From positions 149,151 through 213,150 of the IMG/VR virus record IMGVR_UViG_3300033997_000136: a stretch of DNA of 64,000 nt; one strand, given 5' to 3'. Shown piece by piece: positions 58,719 to 64,000 of the stretch. Under the pieces are notes generated by a model. That model saw only the letters and a program-made list of their open reading frames with translations, had not been told where the DNA came from and ran no database searches. The translations under genes and the position numbers were made by a program. How positions within the stretch are numbered: position 1 is the stretch's first letter; every line of letters starts with the position of its first letter.

Positions 58719-60629
58719 ATGATTAACGACGAAAACAATAAATCGACTACTCAAGCATCTGCAGCTCCTGCTGGTGGTCGCCGCGTAGAACCCATTGATC
58801 GTACTTCTGGTGCAGACCAAGTGCAACGCACTGGTCGTTTAGGTCGTAACGTAGCCCGTGGTCGCATCGGCGAAAACGTTGCTATTATTGCGGAAGCAAT
58901 GAACAAAGCGTTAGCACAAACGTCACAAAACCAGGATTATCAGCACCGCGTGTTTCCTGTGGATGCTTCGCAAATCCAAACTCACTACAGCCTGATTTTA
59001 ACAACTGCTGAAATCGCTGTCGGTTCTCGTAAAGTCGTCACTGTGTGTACACTGATGGCTGCTGGTTCTAACAAGACGCCAGCGTCTCAACGTATCCACA
59101 TCGGTCGTGACCAAATCGCTGAACGTATCGTTGTTCCAGGCGATGGTTGGGATTTGAAGACTTGGGAAAAAGTGCAAGCACACGTGCTGCGTTTAGTTGG
59201 TGGCTCTAACCAAAACAACATCGAAGTCGTGAATGCTGGTTGTATCGTTATCCCTGAAGACTTCACAGTCGAAGACGCTAACGCTATCCAGGACATTCTG
59301 TGGGCTTCTACAGAAGCAACTGCTGCCGTTATCGAACAACAGTTCCCGAACGTATTCCCGGTATTCACTGTATCTGATTCACTTCGCAAAGACTCGCAGA
59401 AGCTGGTCGGTGTGTGGTCTGAAGATTACACAGGCGTTATCATGGATGAGATTGGTCGCCCAATCCGTTCTGACCTGAAAGTATCTGTGACTGTACAGCC
59501 GCGTGTTGAAAACCAAAACAGTGTATCTGGCTTCATGCATGAAAATGTTGAAGAACTGTGTACTGCTGCCGGTTATGTTGATTTGATCTTCACCCCACAA
59601 GACCCGGAACCTGCTGGTGCTCGTTACCGTCAACAGCAAGCACCTACCCAACAGTTTACGCCACGTATCATCATCACTAAGCTGACTGCTCCAGTGCTGA
59701 CTACTGAAACGATGCTGTTAGGTCTGGTAAACTTCTTCCTGGTCGGCGACGATTACCAATGGGCAAACCGTTTCCGTCGTGCCCACGGTAAACTGGATAA
59801 CATCGGTGCGTTAGGTTATTTAATTCCTAACCCTGAGAATCCAGATGAGTCTATGGGTAAAATCGATACCGGTGCTGCATTAAGCGATCGCGATTTTGCA
59901 AACTTAATCACCACAGTGATTGAGCATGACCCTGTGTTCTCTATTCACTGCAGTGAAACTGGTCCAGATAGCTGGTTAACAGGTATCTTCCAGGCGGCTG
60001 CTATCGAAAACACTGAGCAAATGATCAACCGTCCAAATGACCCTGAGTTCATGGGACCTGCAAACCAAGCCATTATCCAGGCGATGGACAATCTGTTCGA
60101 CAATCAGTTCTCTCCAATCTGGGGTAACCGTCCAGTCGTACACTTAGACCAAAACCGTTTAATCTATGGTACATACACTGGTCCTGAAGGCGACTTACGT
60201 GACAAACGTGATATCGACCAACTGGCCGTGTTAAACGAAGCTGGTGCTGGTAACTTAGACCTGTTCTTCGACTACGCCGCAACCTATGACGCTATCGATG
60301 TTCCAATGGACGTTCGTCTGGATACTCGTAACCGTCTGGAACGCAGCATGTCTCCGAAGAACATGAAACACGAAGGCTATATCGAAGTGGTTAACTTCGC
60401 TGCTGACTTCGCTGCTGTAGCTATCTCAGCCGCTGCTGCTGCTGATTACGCTGTAGAAGTTTCTGGTCTGACGCCGCTGTATCAACAAACTACAACCCGT
60501 GGTAACCGTTACTTAGGTCAGTTCCGTAGCCATGGCTTAGGCGCTAACCGTTTACATCAACAAAACAACGTTGGTGGTGGTAGCAACTACGGTGGTACTT
60601 ACCGTTCGTACAACCGCTTCGGTCGTTAA
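58719..60629 (+). CDS. chmA: chimallin, major phage nuclear shell protein
   Basis: 636 aa at the canonical locus between DNA pol/gp52 and nvRNAP beta'; GRPIRSD, AGYVDLIF, QQFTPRIIIT, NIGALGY, GTYTGPEGDLRDKRDID; G/N/Y-rich tail. Confidence 0.88.
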   Translation: MINDENNKSTTQASAAPAGGRRVEPIDRTSGADQVQRTGRLGRNVARGRIGENVAIIAEAMNKALAQTSQNQDYQHRVFPVDASQIQTHYSLILTTAEIAVGSRKVVTVCTLMAAGSNKTPASQRIHIGRDQIAERIVVPGDGWDLKTWEKVQAHVLRLVGGSNQNNIEVVNAGCIVIPEDFTVEDANAIQDILWASTEATAAVIEQQFPNVFPVFTVSDSLRKDSQKLVGVWSEDYTGVIMDEIGRPIRSDLKVSVTVQPRVENQNSVSGFMHENVEELCTAAGYVDLIFTPQDPEPAGARYRQQQAPTQQFTPRIIITKLTAPVLTTETMLLGLVNFFLVGDDYQWANRFRRAHGKLDNIGALGYLIPNPENPDESMGKIDTGAALSDRDFANLITTVIEHDPVFSIHCSETGPDSWLTGIFQAAAIENTEQMINRPNDPEFMGPANQAIIQAMDNLFDNQFSPIWGNRPVVHLDQNRLIYGTYTGPEGDLRDKRDIDQLAVLNEAGAGNLDLFFDYAATYDAIDVPMDVRLDTRNRLERSMSPKNMKHEGYIEVVNFAADFAAVAISAAAAADYAVEVSGLTPLYQQTTTRGNRYLGQFRSHGLGANRLHQQNNVGGGSNYGGTYRSYNRFGR

Positions 60630-60644
60630 TGTAGTGGTATAAAG

Positions 60645-60668
60645 AGAGAAGGGGGTTTCCCCTTCTCT
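60645..60668 (+). terminator. intrinsic terminator
   Basis: agagaagggg-gttt-ccccttctct plus long T tract. Confidence 0.85.
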
Positions 60669-60751
60669 TCTTTTCTTTATTTTTTCCCTTTTCTTTTTTC
60701 ACAGAAAGACGTAAGGATATGGTCCCCAACAAAATAAATAAAGGAGAGAAC

Positions 60752-62275
60752 GTGAGCCATTATATCGATGCCTCAGTACGTGGCGGTGTAGTACCCAAGT
60801 TCCAACCTCAAAAACAACGTTATTCTGGAATATTCTTATCAGTCCCAAACCTAGACCGCGATTATGAACAAGTAGCACATCAAGCGCGCATCATTAACCA
60901 CATTGATGCAAAAGACCCTGTGAAGATGGAAGCGTTGAATCGTCAACTCTATGTGCAATTCGAAGGTGATATCCTCGATACCACACCTAGTTGTGATTGT
61001 GGTCGCTTTCGTGGTCAACACAAAGTAGGTCTTGTGTGTCGCCCTGAACATGGTGTACGTGATGATGGTTCGTACTGTTACACTGAAGTTGCTAGTATTA
61101 CAGAACGTCCTATGGAAAGTATTTTGTGGATGACCACCCCAAAAGGGATTCATCGCTTAGTCGTTCCACGGGTATGGTTCATGTTAAGTAACTTCTTTAA
61201 GTCAGATAAGTTTAGTCCTATGGATTATCTTGCTGACCCAACGTACAGAACAAGTGACCTGCGTTCAATTGCTCGTTTAAAAGAGTTATTGGATACTGGG
61301 TGGAAACGTGGGTTAAATCAGTTTATTGAACGATTTGACGAAGCCATGGAGTTCTTAATTAAAAACCGGTTTGGGAGTGCAAAAGATGCGCAACCTCGCG
61401 AGCATTTAATTAAGTACATTGAAATGCATCGTGATAAGTTCTTTCCGCGTTACATCCCTATTCCTAACCGTGCTGTTCTTATTATTGAGAAAACACCATT
61501 AGGAACGTGGACTGACCCAACGTTGTCGTTTGGTTTAAATGCAGTACGAACAATATGTTCAATCGAAAACTCATTTATACCGTTAACACCGCGACAAATA
61601 GAGAACGCAACAATCCGTGCTATTCGTCAGTTAGCTGATTATTACGACCAGTACATCAATCGTAACGTCAGTAAGAAACCAGGTATTGCTAGACGTCAAC
61701 TTGCTGGTGGTCGATTAGACTTCTCAGCACGTGCAGTTATTAGTAGTATTCCAGGTCGACATCAATACGACGAAGTGCATATTCCGTGGGGCGTGGGTGT
61801 GATGATGTTAAAGTCACACATCACAAGTAAGTTACTTCATAGACGATATACTCCACGTCAAGCTGAAGAACTTATCTCGTTGTACACAAAACGGTATCAT
61901 CCCGTGTTAGATGAAGTTATGCAGGAACTTATCGATGAATCGCCTTATAAAGCGCTTCCTTGTATTCTCCAGCGTAACCCTACATTGACACGTGGTAGTG
62001 CTCAGTTGTTATACATTACCAAAGTTCAAACAGACCCGCGTATTAATACGTTTGCGTTTAGTGTTCTTGTACTTGCTGCATGTAACGCGGATTTCGATGG
62101 TGATGAGTTGAACATGGAGCTTCTACTGGATAGAGAAGAGCATGATAACTTTTATCGGTTATCTCCTCATTTGTATCTTTTAGATACACAGGAACCACGT
62201 AGAGTGTCTGGATTTGTAAAGATACCTGCACCTGTGATGCAAACCATCATCAACTTCATTCACGAGTTTGATTAA
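60752..62275 (+). CDS. non-virion RNA polymerase beta' subunit, N-terminal/catalytic piece (phiKZ gp55-56.1-like)
   Basis: Zn finger CDCG...C...C, KKPGIARR, RLDFSARAVI, LQRNPTL, NADFDGDELN; GTG 60752 after AAGGAG. Confidence 0.93.
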   Translation: MSHYIDASVRGGVVPKFQPQKQRYSGIFLSVPNLDRDYEQVAHQARIINHIDAKDPVKMEALNRQLYVQFEGDILDTTPSCDCGRFRGQHKVGLVCRPEHGVRDDGSYCYTEVASITERPMESILWMTTPKGIHRLVVPRVWFMLSNFFKSDKFSPMDYLADPTYRTSDLRSIARLKELLDTGWKRGLNQFIERFDEAMEFLIKNRFGSAKDAQPREHLIKYIEMHRDKFFPRYIPIPNRAVLIIEKTPLGTWTDPTLSFGLNAVRTICSIENSFIPLTPRQIENATIRAIRQLADYYDQYINRNVSKKPGIARRQLAGGRLDFSARAVISSIPGRHQYDEVHIPWGVGVMMLKSHITSKLLHRRYTPRQAEELISLYTKRYHPVLDEVMQELIDESPYKALPCILQRNPTLTRGSAQLLYITKVQTDPRINTFAFSVLVLAACNADFDGDELNMELLLDREEHDNFYRLSPHLYLLDTQEPRRVSGFVKIPAPVMQTIINFIHEFD

Positions 62276-62289
62276 CAGAGGACTTCACA

Positions 62290-62907
62290 ATGGCTCAAAT
62301 GGTCTCAATGGACCCAGGTCTATTTAGACATCGTGTGTATGGTGAACGTAACGAGAGTACCATGCAATTCATTCAGAATGCATACGAGGGTTCTCGCGAT
62401 ATTCTTCAACGCACAAGTTCAGCTATGCTTGAACGTATCGAGCAGTCATGGGAGAAATATTCATCTGAAGCATCGCAGCGACGTTTAAAAGCGGCTGCAC
62501 GTAATATAGAAAACGGTTGGAAAGGAAACCGTGTTCGACCATTGCGTAGCATCGGTGAACTTCAAACTGCACCACCTATTATGCAACGTTACATGATGGC
62601 AGAACCTACAACACGTGCTCGTTATCAACGAGGTCAATGTGAAGGGTTCCGTGGTAGCTATGTTGATTTGTTTGAAGGACAAATTAGCTATGGTCACTAC
62701 GATTGGCGTCGTGTGATGGATGGTATGATAGAAGAGGATAGCGAAGGGTATATGGTTGTACACGAATTTGGTGATGACTTACTGTCGGGAGACGTTGAGT
62801 TAGAGTTTGACCAGAAACGTTCAATCAGAGATACTTGGGCATTTCAAGTTGCCGCATTTGCTAAGGATGAAGATGATCCTACAAGCAGATGGAACGCTTC
62901 CTTGTAA
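62290..62907 (+). CDS. conserved Chimalliviridae core protein (possibly phiKZ gp59/Imp3-like)
   Basis: MQRYMMAEP, HYDWRRVMDG, DPTS motifs; directly follows nvRNAP beta'; identity from synteny only. Confidence 0.5.
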   Translation: MAQMVSMDPGLFRHRVYGERNESTMQFIQNAYEGSRDILQRTSSAMLERIEQSWEKYSSEASQRRLKAAARNIENGWKGNRVRPLRSIGELQTAPPIMQRYMMAEPTTRARYQRGQCEGFRGSYVDLFEGQISYGHYDWRRVMDGMIEEDSEGYMVVHEFGDDLLSGDVELEFDQKRSIRDTWAFQVAAFAKDEDDPTSRWNASL

Positions 62908-62916
62908 CCTAATAAC

Positions 62917-62938
62917 GAGAAGGGGTAACCCCCTTCTC
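62917..62938 (+). terminator. intrinsic terminator
   Basis: gagaagggg-taac-ccccttctc plus T tract. Confidence 0.8.
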
Positions 62939-62955
62939 TTATTTTTTGACGGGAC

Positions 62956-63357
62956 ATGAACATGGCGAAGTTATTAGCAACATTGGATACAGGTGGGTGG
63001 GTGCGAGACCCATTAACAATTGCAACGAAGTTAATGGATTACTATAAAGCAACAGAACACTCACAGTCCAATGAGTTTCAAGCAACAACGTATTCATTGG
63101 CGTATTTAGTCCAACAATACGGAAATAAACCTGAAGACTTTGCCAGTAATATGGAACGAGAGTTGCAAAGCATATTCGGTTCACATTTTGAAATGGCGAC
63201 CGTAAGTGTTAGACCCAATAAAGAAGGTGACGAAAATGGATACTTTGGTGTAGATATCGATGTAAAAATCCAGCAGGGTGGAGAAAACTATTCCCTCGGT
63301 GCTTTACTCATTACATCGTCCAGTAACGTCATTAGTTATCAAATCAAAACTGCTTAG
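62956..63357 (+). CDS. conserved hypothetical protein
   Basis: TLDTGGWV...SQS...SLAYLVQQYG; resembles a conserved phiKZ-like core gene. Confidence 0.6.
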   Translation: MNMAKLLATLDTGGWVRDPLTIATKLMDYYKATEHSQSNEFQATTYSLAYLVQQYGNKPEDFASNMERELQSIFGSHFEMATVSVRPNKEGDENGYFGVDIDVKIQQGGENYSLGALLITSSSNVISYQIKTA

Positions 63358-63375
63358 TAAAAGGTATTAAAAGTC

Positions 63376-63957
63376 ATGCAAATCCAATTAGATTTACGGA
63401 ACCATTTGATTACTCGTTTAAATCAGTTACAGGCGAATGCAAACAATCTCGCCCATCAACTTGAACACATGGTTACTGAAATTCAAGAAGTCAGTAAAGT
63501 GATTATGACTATCCCAGCGGTGATGTCTGAAGCTCAGATGCAACAAATCATAGACAACATTCAACAGAATGGTGATATTGTTTTCTCAACTGACTTTAAC
63601 CGAGCCACAGCATTGGGTTTTATTACTCACCATATTGAAGATGGTTCGCCGATTTATACATTTGAGTCAGTCCACACTGAAATCACCGTAGAGACTGCTC
63701 CAATCTATCAACGTCTGACCGAGATGTACTCTGCCGACATTAAAGCAATTATGGACGCAACAGGCAGCACAACAGTTTGGTTCTATGTAAAACCAAAACC
63801 AGTCCCTGTTGTGGATGATACCCACGTAGTACAACAAACAACTGAACAGGTTGCTGTTGAAGCAGTGAAAACTGAAACAACCAATGTGGTTGTTGAATCT
63901 CAAAACGTAACGGACCCAGTCCAAATTAACACAGCCGATGGCGGCACATCAGAATAA
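63376..63957 (+). CDS. hypothetical protein with N-terminal coiled coil
   Basis: ORF with AAGGT RBS; T/V/E-rich tail. Confidence 0.65.
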   Translation: MQIQLDLRNHLITRLNQLQANANNLAHQLEHMVTEIQEVSKVIMTIPAVMSEAQMQQIIDNIQQNGDIVFSTDFNRATALGFITHHIEDGSPIYTFESVHTEITVETAPIYQRLTEMYSADIKAIMDATGSTTVWFYVKPKPVPVVDDTHVVQQTTEQVAVEAVKTETTNVVVESQNVTDPVQINTADGGTSE

Positions 63958-63964
63958 ATAATAC

Positions 63965-63988
63965 GGACTCAGAGCATCCTCTGAGTCC
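63965..63988 (+). terminator. intrinsic terminator
   Basis: ggactcagag-catc-ctctgagtcc. Confidence 0.7.
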
Positions 63989-64000
63989 TTAACCTTGTAT

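Noticed and set aside
1-64000. tRNA, rRNA, integrase, transposase, homing endonuclease
   Set aside because: No cloverleaf/TpsiC pattern in intergenic gaps and no HNH, GIY-YIG, LAGLIDADG or recombinase motifs seen by eye; tRNAscan-SE and HMM searches would be needed to be sure

Overview
This window is part of a phiKZ-like, nucleus-forming jumbo myophage genome (Chimalliviridae), densely coding and roughly 40% GC by eye. Recognisable genes include RNase HI, UvsX/RecA, four pieces of the split virion RNA polymerase, a 2202-aa tape-measure/gp181-like protein, prohead protease, tail tube and sheath, terminase large subunit, PhuZ tubulin, the polymerase half of a split family-B DNA polymerase, chimallin (ChmA) and an uninterrupted non-virion RNAP beta' N subunit. 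There are about 20 near-palindromic intrinsic terminators and a repeated (C/T)ACATTAT early-promoter-like box. I saw no tRNA, rRNA, CRISPR array, intron or intein. Best leads: (1) the prohead protease appears to have switched from Glu- to Gln-specific cleavage ([LMF]-Q|[SA]); (2) a ~185-nt structured, repeat-bearing ncRNA candidate between two terminators downstream of the tail tube gene; (3) an array of ~8 highly diverged same-architecture proteins between phuZ and the DNA polymerase; (4) a 600-bp non-coding locus with clustered C-GNA-G minihairpin motifs; (5) two more small-RNA candidates and a possible ADP-ribose/nucleotide toolkit. All phiKZ/SPN3US gp numbers come from recalled family knowledge and synteny, not from a database search.
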